Source of the DNA: Tagaea sp.
GTDB taxonomy: Bacteria > Pseudomonadota > Alphaproteobacteria > CACIAM-22H2
Reading direction: 5' to 3'
DNA: 64,000 bases
NCBI GenBank assembly: GCA_965279525.1
Contig: CBDIIB010000004.1
Location: 512,001 to 576,000, forward strand
Positions 27,381 to 39,833 of the stretch are shown in pieces; position 1 is the stretch's first letter; every line of letters begins with the position of its first letter. Made by a program: the position numbers and the translations under genes. A model generated the notes under the pieces. It was given only the letters and a program-made list of their open reading frames with translations. It was not told where the DNA came from and made no database searches.

Positions 27381-28241
27381 TCAGCCGCTTGTCGAGCCGG
27401 GCGGCAAGCGCTTGCGGTCGAAGGCGGCACCGTCGATGGCAGCGCCACGCATGTCCACGCGATCCAGGCGCGCACCCGTGAAGTCGGCAGCACGCAGGTC
27501 GGTGTCGATGAAGGCGGCATCGTTGAGGTTCGCATGCGCGAAGCGCGCACCGCCGCAATAGGCAGCGGAGAAGGAGGCTTCGGCGGCCTCGGAGCCGTAA
27601 AAATCGGCGTTCTCCAGCACGGCAAGCTGGAAATCGGCGCGTAGCAGCTTGGTGCCGGCAAGATTGGTTCCGCAGAGATAGGCGCCCTTGAAGCTCGCTC
27701 CGGTGAAATCGCCGTCCGACAGGTCGTAGCCGGAAAGGTTTGTCCCGGCGAGCGACAGCCGCGCGTTTGGCGGATCGTTGGCACGCTGGCGCCGGCCGAG
27801 GACCGAGACCGCCGCCTGGATGTCGGTCGTCGGCTGCCGATAGACAGTCTCCGGTGCCGGGGCCTTGTAGGCGCCGTCGACGAGTGCCGGGACGGGCGCC
27901 GGGCAACGGTCGCGCACGAAGGCGGCCAGCGTCTGGACGATGGGACCCTGATCTTTGGGGCGCTCCCGGGCATGGCGTTCGAGCGTGTAGATGGCACCGA
28001 CGCGGACCTGGATCTGCGAACCGCCAAGCCCGGCAAAGGCCGCCGCCATGACCTCGGCCGATTTGCCAAGCTCGGTTGCCTCGGCAGTCCGCTGCTGGGC
28101 CGCGACCAGCTTTCGCGCCACCCAGGCCCGGTAGCCGAGAAACGGCACAACGCCGGCGGCCGCCGCCGCGACCAGCAGGTCGCGCACTTCGCCCGCATTG
28201 GCGAGCAGCCAGAACCATGCGTAGTCGAGGTCGCTCTGCAT
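27381..28241 (-). CDS. Membrane-anchored pentapeptide repeat protein
   Basis: N-terminal TM, VRVGAIYTLER and DIQAAVSVLG, then many A(D/N)(L/F)xx repeats. Confidence 0.88.
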   Translation of the reverse strand: MQSDLDYAWFWLLANAGEVRDLLVAAAAAGVVPFLGYRAWVARKLVAAQQRTAEATELGKSAEVMAAAFAGLGGSQIQVRVGAIYTLERHARERPKDQGPIVQTLAAFVRDRCPAPVPALVDGAYKAPAPETVYRQPTTDIQAAVSVLGRRQRANDPPNARLSLAGTNLSGYDLSDGDFTGASFKGAYLCGTNLAGTKLLRADFQLAVLENADFYGSEAAEASFSAAYCGGARFAHANLNDAAFIDTDLRAADFTGARLDRVDMRGAAIDGAAFDRKRLPPGSTSG

Positions 28242-28317
28242 CTGCTTTGTGACCGACGATCGAGAGCCCGGAGTCGGGCGATGAACCAGTGTACCAGAGG
28301 CAGGAGCCGCGATCTTA

Positions 28318-28345
28318 TTATCGCATAATATATATTATCAAAAAT
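28318..28345 (+). other. dif: dif site (XerC/XerD chromosome dimer resolution)
   Basis: TTATCGCATAA-TATATA-TTATCAAAAAT compared with E. coli GGTGCGCATAA-TGTATA-TTATGTTAAAT; intergenic, AT-rich, KOPS converge on it. Confidence 0.85.
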
Positions 28346-28390
28346 ACTGCATCGATATATCGTGCAAATACTTACGCGACTTTCAGGCTG

Positions 28391-29185
28391 TCAATTCTCG
28401 ACATCCAGAACCATGCCATCATACGCCGGTTCGACGCTCGCGGGCAGCTTGGCGCGCCACGTGTCGTAGTCGACGCGGTGGTTCATGTGCGTAAGCACGG
28501 CCCGACGTGGCCGGACCCGGCCGATCCAGTCGAGCGACTGGTCCAAATGGCTGTGGGCCCAGTTCGGCTGCTCTTGCAGGCAGTCGACGATCCAGGTGTC
28601 CACCCCTGCCAGCGCCCGGAAGGCTGCCTCATCCAGGGTCTTCACGTCGGTCGAGTATGCGAAGCGTCCGAAGCGAAGTCCCAGGGTCGGCGTCCGGTCG
28701 CCACCATGCATCTGCTCGAACCCGACCACGTCGATGTCGCCGATCCGGAACGGACGGCCAAGCTCGACGGCCCGCGGCTGCAGGACGGGCACGACGTAAT
28801 AGCCGCCCGGCAGGTCGTCGACCGACCCGAACGCATACCCGAAACGGGCCTGCGCTTCGGCCAGCGTCGTGGCATCGGCGTAGCAGTCGAGCGGCGCCAG
28901 CCGGGCGTGGTTGACCGAGCGCAGCTCGTCAATGCCGTGCATGTGGTCGGCATGGGCATGGGTGAAGATCACGGCGTCGAACTTCGTCTCGCCGAAGGCC
29001 AGGAGCTGGGCGCGCAGGTCCGGGCTGGCATCGACAAGGATGCGCGTCGTGGCGCTTTCCACGACGATCGAAACCCTGAGGCGCCGGTTCTTCGGATCGT
29101 CCGACTTGCACACGACACAACTGCAGCCGACGAGCGGCACGCCGCCCGACGACCCGGATCCGAGAACGGTGACTTTCAGCTTCAT
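28391..29185 (-). CDS. MBL-fold metallo-hydrolase (PhnP-like)
   Basis: LGSGSSGGVP, THAHADHMHG and LTHM motifs. Confidence 0.93.
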   Translation of the reverse strand: MKLKVTVLGSGSSGGVPLVGCSCVVCKSDDPKNRRLRVSIVVESATTRILVDASPDLRAQLLAFGETKFDAVIFTHAHADHMHGIDELRSVNHARLAPLDCYADATTLAEAQARFGYAFGSVDDLPGGYYVVPVLQPRAVELGRPFRIGDIDVVGFEQMHGGDRTPTLGLRFGRFAYSTDVKTLDEAAFRALAGVDTWIVDCLQEQPNWAHSHLDQSLDWIGRVRPRRAVLTHMNHRVDYDTWRAKLPASVEPAYDGMVLDVEN

Positions 29186-29964
29186 GCGGGCCGGCGTGCG
29201 CGCGCGAACAGGCTGTAGAAGTTATCGCTGGTCGCCTTGCCGAGAACGTCCAGCGAAACGCCCTTGAGGTCCGCGACGAATTGGGCCGTGTGCAGCACGT
29301 AGCTGGGTTCGCACGGCTTGCCGCGTTTCGGGATCGGCGCCAGGTACGGCGAATCCGTTTCGACCAGCAGCCGCTCGAGCGGCAGTGCGCGCACCGTCGC
29401 GCGCAGGTCTTCGGCATTCTTGAAAGTGACGATTCCGGAGATCGAGATGAAATAGCCGAGCGCGATCGCCCTCTGCGCAAGCTCCAGCGACGACGTGAAG
29501 CAATGCAGAACGCCGGTGACGCCCGGCAGCTCGCGATGCGCCCAGTCGAGCAGTTCGGCCGTGTCGGCGTCTGCATCGCGCGTGTGGATCACCAGCGGCA
29601 GGCCCGAAGCCTTCGCCGCGCGCATGTGGGCGCGGAAATTCTCGATCTGCGGCGCGCGCGGGCTCTTTTCGTAGAAATAGTCGAGCCCCGTCTCGCCAAG
29701 GCCGACGACCTTCGGATGCTCGGCAAGTGCCAGCAGCGATTCGACCGCCGCCTGCTCGTTCGCCGCCTCGTGCGGATGGATGCCAACCGTACAGAAGATG
29801 TTCGCGTTGCCTTCCGCGATTGCCCGCACGCCCGGGAATTTCGAAAGTTTCGTGCCGATGGCAAGCATCGTCTCGACGCCGGCCGCGCGCGCGCGCGACA
29901 GCACACCGGGAAAATCCCGCTGCAGCTCCGGAAAATCGAGATGGCAGTGGCTATCGACGAGCAT
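29182..29964 (-). CDS. tatD: TatD family hydrolase
   Basis: VDSHCHLD, GIHPH, GETGLDY and VETDSPYLAP motifs. Confidence 0.95.
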   Translation of the reverse strand: MLVDSHCHLDFPELQRDFPGVLSRARAAGVETMLAIGTKLSKFPGVRAIAEGNANIFCTVGIHPHEAANEQAAVESLLALAEHPKVVGLGETGLDYFYEKSPRAPQIENFRAHMRAAKASGLPLVIHTRDADADTAELLDWAHRELPGVTGVLHCFTSSLELAQRAIALGYFISISGIVTFKNAEDLRATVRALPLERLLVETDSPYLAPIPKRGKPCEPSYVLHTAQFVADLKGVSLDVLGKATSDNFYSLFARARRPA

Positions 29965-29972
29965 GGCGCGGG

Positions 29973-31538
29973 TCAGGCCTTCGGCCCCTGCCCCTCTTCG
30001 ACATAACGCGGAAACAGCCCGCTGGGCGGTGGCAGCGCCGTTCCGGCGACCAAGGCAGCATCCCATGCCGCGAACTGCCGGCCGTCGGCCGGGATCGCCA
30101 GCAGGTCGAGCAGCCGCGCGATCGTCGCGGGCATGAAGGGTTGCAACAGCAGTCCGACGCGGCGCAGCGTTTCCATCAGCACGTAAAGGACCGTCGCCAT
30201 GCGCGCGGGATCTGTCTTGCGCAGCGTCCACGGCGCCTGGCTGTCGACATAACGGTTGGCGTCGGCAACGACCGCGAAGATCGCTTCAAGCGACTTGTGG
30301 AACGCCGGCTGGGCAAGTTCGGCGCGCGTGATGACGAGCAGTGCAGCCGCCGCATCGAGCATCGCGCGGTCGGCCTCGGTGAAAACGCCAGGCGCAGGCA
30401 CCGCGGCACCGGCATTCTTTGCCACGAACGACAGCACGCGCTGGGCAAGATTACCAAGGTCGTTGGCAAGGTCGGTGTTCGTGCGCCGGATCATCGCGGC
30501 ATGGCTGAAATCGCCGTCCTGCCCGAACGAGACCTCGCGCAGCAGGAAGTACCGCACCTGATCGAGGCCGTACCGCTCGACGAGCGCGACCGGGTCGATC
30601 ACGTTGCCGGTGGATTTCGAGATCTTCTGGCCTTCGTTCGTCCACCAGCCGTGCGCGAACACGCGCTTTGCCGGCGGCAACCCTGCGGCTGTCAGGAAGG
30701 CCGGCCAGTAAACCGTGTGGAAACGCACGATGTCCTTGCCGACCATGTGCAGGTCGGCGGGCCAGAACTTGCGGAACTTGTCGCTATCGACATCGGGATA
30801 GCCGGCGGCCGTGATGTAGTTGGTCAGCGCGTCGAGCCACACATACATCACGTGCTTCTCGTCGCCGGGCACCTTGACGCCCCAGCCGAACGTCGTGCGC
30901 GAGATCGACAGGTCGTGCAGCCCCTGCTCGACGAAGCTGCGCACCTCGTTGAGGCGCGTGGCCGGACCAACCGCATCCGGGTTCGACTTGTAGAAATCGA
31001 GCAGCCACTCGCCCCAGTCCGACAGACGGAAAAAGTACGAAGGCTCCTCGACCCATTCGACTTCGGCCCCGGAAGGTGCACGCTTCTTGCCGTCCGGACC
31101 GGTCGTGAGTTCGGACTCGTCGTAGTAGGCTTCGTCGCGCACGGCGTACCAGCCGTCGTACTTGCCCAGATAGATGTTGTCGTTACCCTTGGGCGTCTTG
31201 CGCGCGGCCATCGCCTGCCAGATCGCCTGACTGGCGCGGATGTGACGCGGCTCGGTCGTGCGGATGAAATCGTCGTTCGAATAGCCCATCGTCGCGGCGA
31301 GGGCGCGGAAATTGGCCGAGACCTTGTCGGTGAAGTCCTTGGGCGTCATGCCGGCGCTGACGGCGGCCTTCTCGACCTTCTGGCCATGCTCGTCCGTACC
31401 GGTCAGGTAGAACACTTCGTAGCCGTCGAGGCGCTTGAATCGCGCCAGCACGTCGCAGGCAAGCGTCGTGTAGGCGTGGCCGATATGCGGCACGTCGTTG
31501 ACGTAGTAGATCGGCGTCGTGATGTAGTAGCTTTTCAT
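29973..31538 (-). CDS. metG: Methionine--tRNA ligase
   Basis: YITTPIYYVN..PHIGHAY, GTDEHG, YVWLDAL and KISKS motifs. Confidence 0.98.
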   Translation of the reverse strand: MKSYYITTPIYYVNDVPHIGHAYTTLACDVLARFKRLDGYEVFYLTGTDEHGQKVEKAAVSAGMTPKDFTDKVSANFRALAATMGYSNDDFIRTTEPRHIRASQAIWQAMAARKTPKGNDNIYLGKYDGWYAVRDEAYYDESELTTGPDGKKRAPSGAEVEWVEEPSYFFRLSDWGEWLLDFYKSNPDAVGPATRLNEVRSFVEQGLHDLSISRTTFGWGVKVPGDEKHVMYVWLDALTNYITAAGYPDVDSDKFRKFWPADLHMVGKDIVRFHTVYWPAFLTAAGLPPAKRVFAHGWWTNEGQKISKSTGNVIDPVALVERYGLDQVRYFLLREVSFGQDGDFSHAAMIRRTNTDLANDLGNLAQRVLSFVAKNAGAAVPAPGVFTEADRAMLDAAAALLVITRAELAQPAFHKSLEAIFAVVADANRYVDSQAPWTLRKTDPARMATVLYVLMETLRRVGLLLQPFMPATIARLLDLLAIPADGRQFAAWDAALVAGTALPPPSGLFPRYVEEGQGPKA

Positions 31539-31626
31539 CGTCCTCGGGCCCTCGGCGGGCGGTCGTTATGCTGTAAGCGGCGGCGGCGCGCAACTCCGGA
31601 CGAACGATATGGGAACGGGCCGGGTT

Positions 31627-31642
31627 TGGCGAGGTTCTTGCT
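31627..31642 (+). promoter_or_regulatory. Sigma54 (-24/-12) promoter
   Basis: TGGCGA-GGTTC-TTGCT about 38 nt upstream of the AtzG-like ATG. Confidence 0.65.
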
Positions 31643-31680
31643 AGCCTTATCGTGCTCCGGAACCCAGCGAAACGAGCGCC

Positions 31681-31869
31681 ATGCCGACACCTCCCGACAA
31701 CATCGCCGACTATGTCGACCGTGCGGCGGCGGCCGTCGGCCTGACGATCGCCGCCGAGCACCGGCCGGGCGTGATCGTCAATTTCCAGCGCACCGCGGAA
31801 GTCGCCCGGCTCGTCACGGAATTCGCCATTCCCGACGACATCGAGAGCGCGGCGATCTTCCGGCCATGA
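31681..31869 (+). CDS. AtzG/HpxX-like small amidase partner (DUF4089)
   Basis: 62 aa, YVDRAAAAVGLTI...RPGVIVNF...AAIFRP; ATGA overlap with the amidase. Confidence 0.82.
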   Translation: MPTPPDNIADYVDRAAAAVGLTIAAEHRPGVIVNFQRTAEVARLVTEFAIPDDIESAAIFRP

Positions 31870-33254
31870 TCCCGATCGAGATGCCGGCAACGGAAATCGC
31901 CCGACGCGTGCGCGAGGGGTCCCTCTCCGCCCTCGCCGTGACCGAGAACCACTTTGCCCAGATCGATGCGCGCAACCCGGTGCTGAACGCCTTCACCGAC
32001 GTGACGCGCGAGCGTGCGCTCGCCAGGGCGCGCGACATCGATGCACGGCGTGCGACCGGCGGCAGGCTTGGGTCGCTCGCCGGCGTGCCATTCGCGGTCA
32101 AGAACCTGTTCGACGTCGCCGGCCTGCCCACGCGCGCGGGATCGAAGATCAACCGCGACCGGGCGCCCGCCGAAACAGACGGCCCGCTCGTCGCCCGCCT
32201 CGACGCCGCCGACGCCGTGCTGCTTGGCGCGCTCAACATGGGCGAATACGCCTACGATTTCACAGGCGAGAACGCGCACGACGGCCCGTCGCGCAATCCG
32301 CACGACGTTTCCCGCATGACTGGCGGTTCGTCCGGCGGCTCGGGTGCGGCGGTCGCTTCGGGAATGGTGCCGCTTGCCCTGGGCTCCGACACCAACGGTT
32401 CGATCCGCGTGCCCTCGTCGTTCTGCGGCCTGTTCGGCCTGAAGCCGACATTCGGGCGACTGACGCGGGCCGGGTCCTTCCCGTTCGTCGCGTCGTTCGA
32501 CCATCTCGGGCCGTTCGCGCGCAGTGCGGCCGACCTCGCCCTCGCCTACGACATCCTGCAGGGTCCCGACCCGGCGGATCCGGCCTGCGCCCAGCGTGCC
32601 GTCGATCCCGCCTTCCCGTCGGTCGAACAGGGCATTGCCGGGCTTCGGATCGGGGCGCTCGGCGGCTATTTCGCGCGCGGCGGCGATCCGGTCGTCTATG
32701 CGGCGGCCGACAAGGTCGCCAAGGCACTGGGTGCCACGGCGGGCGTCGAGCTGCCGGAAGTCCATCGCGCGCGCGCCGCCGCGTTCGTGATCACCAATGT
32801 CGAAGGCGCGCAGTTGCACATCGACCGGCTGCGCACCCGGGCCGCCGATTTCGATCCGGCAACGCGCGACCGCCTCATCGCCGGCAACCTGCTGCCGGCC
32901 GCGTGGTACGCGCAGGCCCAGCGCTTCCGCACTTGGTTCCAGCGCGAGACGGAAAAAATCTTCGAGAAGTTCGATATCCTGCTCGCCCCGTCCACACCAT
33001 GCACGGCACCGCTGATCGGCCAGCAGACATTCGTGCTCGACGGCAAGGAAGTGCCATTGCGCCCCAACATCGGCATCTACACGCAGCCGATCTCGTTCAT
33101 CGGCCTGCCGGTCGCGGCCGTCCCGGTGCGGGGCATTTCTCCACTTCCGGTCGGCGTGCAGGTCATCGCCGCTCCCTGGCGCGAGGATCTTGCCCTGCGC
33201 GTCGCCCACGAACTCGAACGGACCGGCATCTGCGCCGCTCCCGTCGCACGGTAG
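31866..33254 (+). CDS. AtzE family amidohydrolase (oxalurate/carboxybiuret amidase)
   Basis: [26 protein letters not shown] and GGSSGGS...[13 protein letters not shown] motifs. Confidence 0.92.
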   Translation: MIPIEMPATEIARRVREGSLSALAVTENHFAQIDARNPVLNAFTDVTRERALARARDIDARRATGGRLGSLAGVPFAVKNLFDVAGLPTRAGSKINRDRAPAETDGPLVARLDAADAVLLGALNMGEYAYDFTGENAHDGPSRNPHDVSRMTGGSSGGSGAAVASGMVPLALGSDTNGSIRVPSSFCGLFGLKPTFGRLTRAGSFPFVASFDHLGPFARSAADLALAYDILQGPDPADPACAQRAVDPAFPSVEQGIAGLRIGALGGYFARGGDPVVYAAADKVAKALGATAGVELPEVHRARAAAFVITNVEGAQLHIDRLRTRAADFDPATRDRLIAGNLLPAAWYAQAQRFRTWFQRETEKIFEKFDILLAPSTPCTAPLIGQQTFVLDGKEVPLRPNIGIYTQPISFIGLPVAAVPVRGISPLPVGVQVIAAPWREDLALRVAHELERTGICAAPVAR

Positions 33255-33261
33255 GAACAAC

Positions 33262-33644
33262 ATGCCCGAGATCAACATCCCCGAAATCCATGCCGAGATG
33301 GTCGCCGCGTTCGAACGTTACGAGGGGGCGCTGACCACGAACGATGTCGCCGTGCTCGACGAGCTGTTCAAGGACGCGCCCTATACGGTTCGCTACGGCG
33401 CCACGGAAAATCTCTACGGCTATGCCGAGATCCAGGCATTCCGCGCCTCGCGTCCTGGGCAGGGCCTGCAGCGCAAGCTCGAACGCACGGTCATCACCAC
33501 GTTCGGACGCGATTTCGCGACGGCATCCACGCTGTTCCGCCGCGTTCCCGGCAAGATCGGCCGCCAGCAGCAGACATGGGTGCGCTTTGCCGAAGGCTGG
33601 CGCGTCGTCGCCGCCCAGGTCTCGCTGATGGAAGATCCGAAGGC

Positions 33645-33648
<4 letters not shown>
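33262..33648 (+). CDS. HpxZ/AtzH-like NTF2-fold protein
   Basis: [20 protein letters not shown]...[10 protein letters not shown]...GRQQQTWVR...VVAAQVS. Confidence 0.9.
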
Positions 33649-36389
<2,741 letters not shown>

Positions 36390-36421
36390 GCGGCTGTCTT
36401 AAACGGACGCGGGGCTATCGC

Positions 36422-37072
36422 TCAATAGTCCTGCGACTCGCGGGTGATCCGGCGGATCTCGCGCTGGACCATCCGCTCGACGAGATCGGGCAGATACTGG
36501 TCGAGCCACGCCTTCAGGATCGGACGCAGTTCGGCGCGGACGAGATCCTCGATCGTGAGATCCGAGTTTCCGAGCAGCAGGTTACGCGGCACGCGGGCCT
36601 GGAGACCCTGCAACGCGTCGGAAGCCTGACGCGCCGTGTCGTCGGACATCAGGCGCCGCGGCTCCTCGGCCATGATCGGCGGCGGCTTGTCCACCACGTT
36701 GGTGAGCTCGAGAACGTCGTCCATCTCCGGTTCCGGCATGGGCATGCGCGGACGCGGCGGCGGAGGGGGCGGCGGCGGCGGGGGTGGTGGAGGCGGCGGA
36801 GGCGCCTCCATCATCATCGGCTCGGGTTCAGGCTCCGGTTCAGGCTCCGGCTCCGCCATAGGTGGCGGTGGCGGCGGAGGTGCTGCAGCAGGCGGAGGCG
36901 GCGGGGGTGGCGGCGGAGGGGGTGGTGGCGGAGGAGGCGGGGGTGCTGCTTCGGCGGCGGCAGGCGCCGCTGGCGGCGCCTTACCGGCGTCTCCATCTTC
37001 CGAAATAATTCGACGGATGGAGGCGAGGATCTCCTCCATCGACGGTTCTTGTTGGTTCTTTGGGTCCGTCAT
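36422..37072 (-). CDS. popZ: Polar organizing protein PopZ (DUF2497)
   Basis: N-terminal EPSMEEILASIRRIISED, DDVLELT, and C-terminal TIEDLVRAELRPILKAWLDQYLPDLVERMVQREI; lies between tolC and valS. Confidence 0.95.
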   Translation of the reverse strand: MTDPKNQQEPSMEEILASIRRIISEDGDAGKAPPAAPAAAEAAPPPPPPPPPPPPPPPPPPAAAPPPPPPPMAEPEPEPEPEPEPMMMEAPPPPPPPPPPPPPPPPRPRMPMPEPEMDDVLELTNVVDKPPPIMAEEPRRLMSDDTARQASDALQGLQARVPRNLLLGNSDLTIEDLVRAELRPILKAWLDQYLPDLVERMVQREIRRITRESQDY

Positions 37073-37162
37073 CGTCGTGCTTTAACCATTCCAAGTCCAG
37101 AGCTTAGGCGACGAATCGCTGTCACGCCAGAGATATCCGCCAAGGCAGTCGCTCATCCTACC

Positions 37163-38590
37163 TTACCGGCGCGGCGCCTCGTCGGGTATGTCAGTACCCG
37201 ACCAACGATTCCGCGTCGCCTCGAGATATGCCGTCGGATCGTATAGTTCGACCTTCAGCGCAAGGTCCCGGGCCGTCAAGCGACCCGTCGCGGACAGGAG
37301 CTGGAAGGACGCCAAGACCTGATCGCGCTGTGCCTGGACAAGACTGACCCGGCTGTTGAGCAGTTCCTGCTCGGCGTTGAGGACGTCGAGAACGGTCCGC
37401 GACCCGACCCGGGCTTCCTGCGACACGCCTTCGAGGGCGATTTCATTGGCCCGGATCTGCGACTGGAAGGACTGGATCTGCGCCCTGGCCGTGGTGAGCT
37501 GCTGCCATGCGCGATTGGCTTCGTCGACGACCTGACGCTGCGAAACGTCGATCTGGGTCCGGCGCTGGCCTTGGGTCTGCTTGGCTTCGCGCACCCGCGC
37601 GTCCGTCAGGCCCTGCTGATAGATCGGCACGGTCACGGTAAGCAGCAGGTCGACGGTGTCGCGGCGGACGCCACGGCTGCCCGCCGGCTCCTGCGAGCGG
37701 ATCGCGTCGGCCTGAAGACCCACGGTCGGCAGCTTTTCGCCCTCGATCAGCGACACGTCGTGCCCCGATGCCTCGTGCGTGTAGCGTGCCTGGTTGACCG
37801 TCGGATTTACGGTGAGCGCCATGTCGCGCGCCTCGGCATCCGAACCCGGAAGAAGGCCGACCGGAACCGCGGGCACGGCCGGACGACCGGCCTGCTCGCC
37901 CACGACACGCAGATAGGCGGCGCGCGCGGTATTCACGTTGCCTTCGGATCCGGTCCGGGTCGCCTGCGCCTGGGCCAGTCGCGCCTCGGCCTGGCTGACG
38001 TCGGTGCGCGTGATTTCGCCGACCTGGAAGCGGTCGCGCGCCGCATCGAGCTGGCGCTGCAGGACCTGCACGTTGTTGATGTTGAGATCAAGAACGGCAA
38101 GTTCGCGCGCGAGATTGATGTAGGCCGTCGCCGCGTCGAGAAGGACGCGCTGCTCCGTCGCGGCAAGCTGCGAACGGGATGCCTGGACGTTCGCCTCGGC
38201 CCGCGCGAGTTCGGCCGTCGAGCGGCCGCCGCGGTAGAGCGGCTGCGTCATCTGGAGCGTAGCCGTCGCCTGGCGGCGGTTACGCTCGTTGGTCGTCGTG
38301 CCGCGATCGGAGCTTCCGTCGCCGTTGTAGTTGGTGGTCGTGACCGCGTTGTAGTCGCGCGCCGGGCCGGCATTGCCGGTTACCTGCACCGTCGGACGCC
38401 ACTGCGAAAGCGCGCGCGGCACCTGCTCGTCGACCGCGCGAAGCGCCGAGCGCTGCGCGAGCAGCTCGGGATTCGAGCGGTAGGCGCTGGCAAGCGCGTC
38501 ATCGAGCGACTGGGCATCGGCAGGCATGGCCGCGATCCCGATCGCGAGCGCAATTGCCGCCGTCGCCGTCCGCCGCATCAACATATTCAT
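37163..38590 (-). CDS. tolC: TolC family outer membrane protein
   Basis: Signal peptide; RFQVGEITRTDVSQAEARL and VGSRTVLDVLNAEQE motifs; start uncertain. Confidence 0.95.
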   Translation of the reverse strand: MNMLMRRTATAAIALAIGIAAMPADAQSLDDALASAYRSNPELLAQRSALRAVDEQVPRALSQWRPTVQVTGNAGPARDYNAVTTTNYNGDGSSDRGTTTNERNRRQATATLQMTQPLYRGGRSTAELARAEANVQASRSQLAATEQRVLLDAATAYINLARELAVLDLNINNVQVLQRQLDAARDRFQVGEITRTDVSQAEARLAQAQATRTGSEGNVNTARAAYLRVVGEQAGRPAVPAVPVGLLPGSDAEARDMALTVNPTVNQARYTHEASGHDVSLIEGEKLPTVGLQADAIRSQEPAGSRGVRRDTVDLLLTVTVPIYQQGLTDARVREAKQTQGQRRTQIDVSQRQVVDEANRAWQQLTTARAQIQSFQSQIRANEIALEGVSQEARVGSRTVLDVLNAEQELLNSRVSLVQAQRDQVLASFQLLSATGRLTARDLALKVELYDPTAYLEATRNRWSGTDIPDEAPRR

Positions 38591-38673
38591 TCTCGCCGTG
38601 CTCCTCGAACTCATTTCAGTACCTACCGGATTTCCAACACCGCACGGGGCGTGCAAAGGTTGCGCCGAAGCCG

Positions 38674-39327
38674 TCAAAACACGAACCCCGGTTCAAGGGC
38701 AAGACCCGGCAGCATCGGCGTCCCTGCGTCGAAAACGATGCGGCTGGTCAAGGTCGCGCCGAACTTCCGCCAGATCGTGGCGCGTCCTGGCTGATCGGGC
38801 TGCGCGACGACGCCGACAATGTGCCCGCCTTCGGCGAGCTGGCCGGCATATGCCGACGGAAGTTGCCCGGTCGCACCTTCGAAGATGATGGCGTCATAGG
38901 GTGCAGCCGACGGCCAGCCCTTTTCGAGGGGGCCTTCGACGACGATCGCGCTGCCGTAGGTTCCTCTCGATAGCGCGATCTTGGCGGCGGCAACGAAATG
39001 GCTGTCGCTTTCGAGCGCGAAGACCGTGGCTCCGGCAGCCGCAAGGACGGCCGCCCCGTAGCCGCAACCGGCGCCGACCAGAAGCACGCGTCCGCCGTTC
39101 GGGATCTGCGCGTACTGCGCAAGGCGTGCAAACACCATCGGTTCCATCAGGTAGCGGTCGCTGCCCAGCGGAATATCCTCGTCGACATAGGCGATCGACC
39201 GCAACGCGTCGGGCAGGAATGCTTCGCGTGGCACACGCGCCATCGCCGCGACAAGGCGCTCGTCGATCACCTTGTTGGTGCGCAACTGGCTTTCGACCAT
39301 GTTGTGACGTGCGGCGGCGTAATCCAT
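38674..39327 (-). CDS. pcm: Protein-L-isoaspartate O-methyltransferase
   Basis: ARHNMVESQLRTN, VPREAF, VGAGCGY and APYDAII motifs. Confidence 0.92.
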   Translation of the reverse strand: MDYAAARHNMVESQLRTNKVIDERLVAAMARVPREAFLPDALRSIAYVDEDIPLGSDRYLMEPMVFARLAQYAQIPNGGRVLLVGAGCGYGAAVLAAAGATVFALESDSHFVAAAKIALSRGTYGSAIVVEGPLEKGWPSAAPYDAIIFEGATGQLPSAYAGQLAEGGHIVGVVAQPDQPGRATIWRKFGATLTSRIVFDAGTPMLPGLALEPGFVF

Positions 39328-39506
39328 CGCGGCAGAGCTTCCGGTTAGAACCATGCGACATGCGCTGACTGTCGAATCGACAGCCAAACCGCCGCAGGTA
39401 ACTTTATAAGTCTGTCTTGCCCGCGTGACAATCAAAGCGCAGCTAGACCGTTGAATCGGTGTCCTGACCGAGACGTCATCCGGAGCCGGCAGAGGATACC
39501 GGCCTG

Positions 39507-39535
39507 TTGACCCCCGGGGTCGGCCTCACTATACG
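39507..39535 (+). promoter_or_regulatory. Sigma70 promoter of tRNA-Cys/tRNA-Asn
   Basis: TTGACC-N17-TATACG followed by a GC-rich discriminator. Confidence 0.7.
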
Positions 39536-39552
39536 TCCTGCCGTCGCCCGGC

Positions 39553-39627
39553 GGCCGGGTAGCAAAGTGGTAATGCAGGGGACTGCAAATCCCCTATACG
39601 GCGGTTCGATTCCGCCCCCGGCCTCCA
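39553..39627 (+). tRNA. tRNA-Cys(GCA)
   Basis: GGCCGGG/CCCGGCC-T-CCA; anticodon arm GGGGA-CTGCAAA-TCCCC. Confidence 0.97.
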
Positions 39628-39687
39628 CCTCGCCTTTTTTCGACTGGCGCACCGGCCGGATTTTGATATAAGCCTGCCTCGTTTCGT

Positions 39688-39762
39688 TCCCTGGTAGCTC
39701 AGCGGTAGAGCAGCCGACTGTTAATCGGCTGGTCGTTAGTTCGAATCTAACCCAGGGAGCCA
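39688..39762 (+). tRNA. tRNA-Asn(GTT)
   Basis: TCCCTGG/CCAGGGA-G-CCA; anticodon arm GCCGA-CTGTTAA-TCGGC. Confidence 0.97.
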
Positions 39763-39833
39763 TTTTCTCGCCAACTGCAGGGGCCGTTCCGGGCGGAATG
39801 CCCGCCCCTCGCCGGCCGTTGTCGGGCGGCCAT

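Noticed and set aside
26521-28218. 565-aa MazG with a long N-terminal extension
   Set aside because: The extension is an alternative frame of the pentapeptide gene; MazG homology starts at about 27318.
29727-31865. N-terminal part of the 1175-aa ORF joined to the AtzE amidase
   Set aside because: It is antisense to tatD and metG with Arg-rich shadow composition; the amidase starts at 31866.
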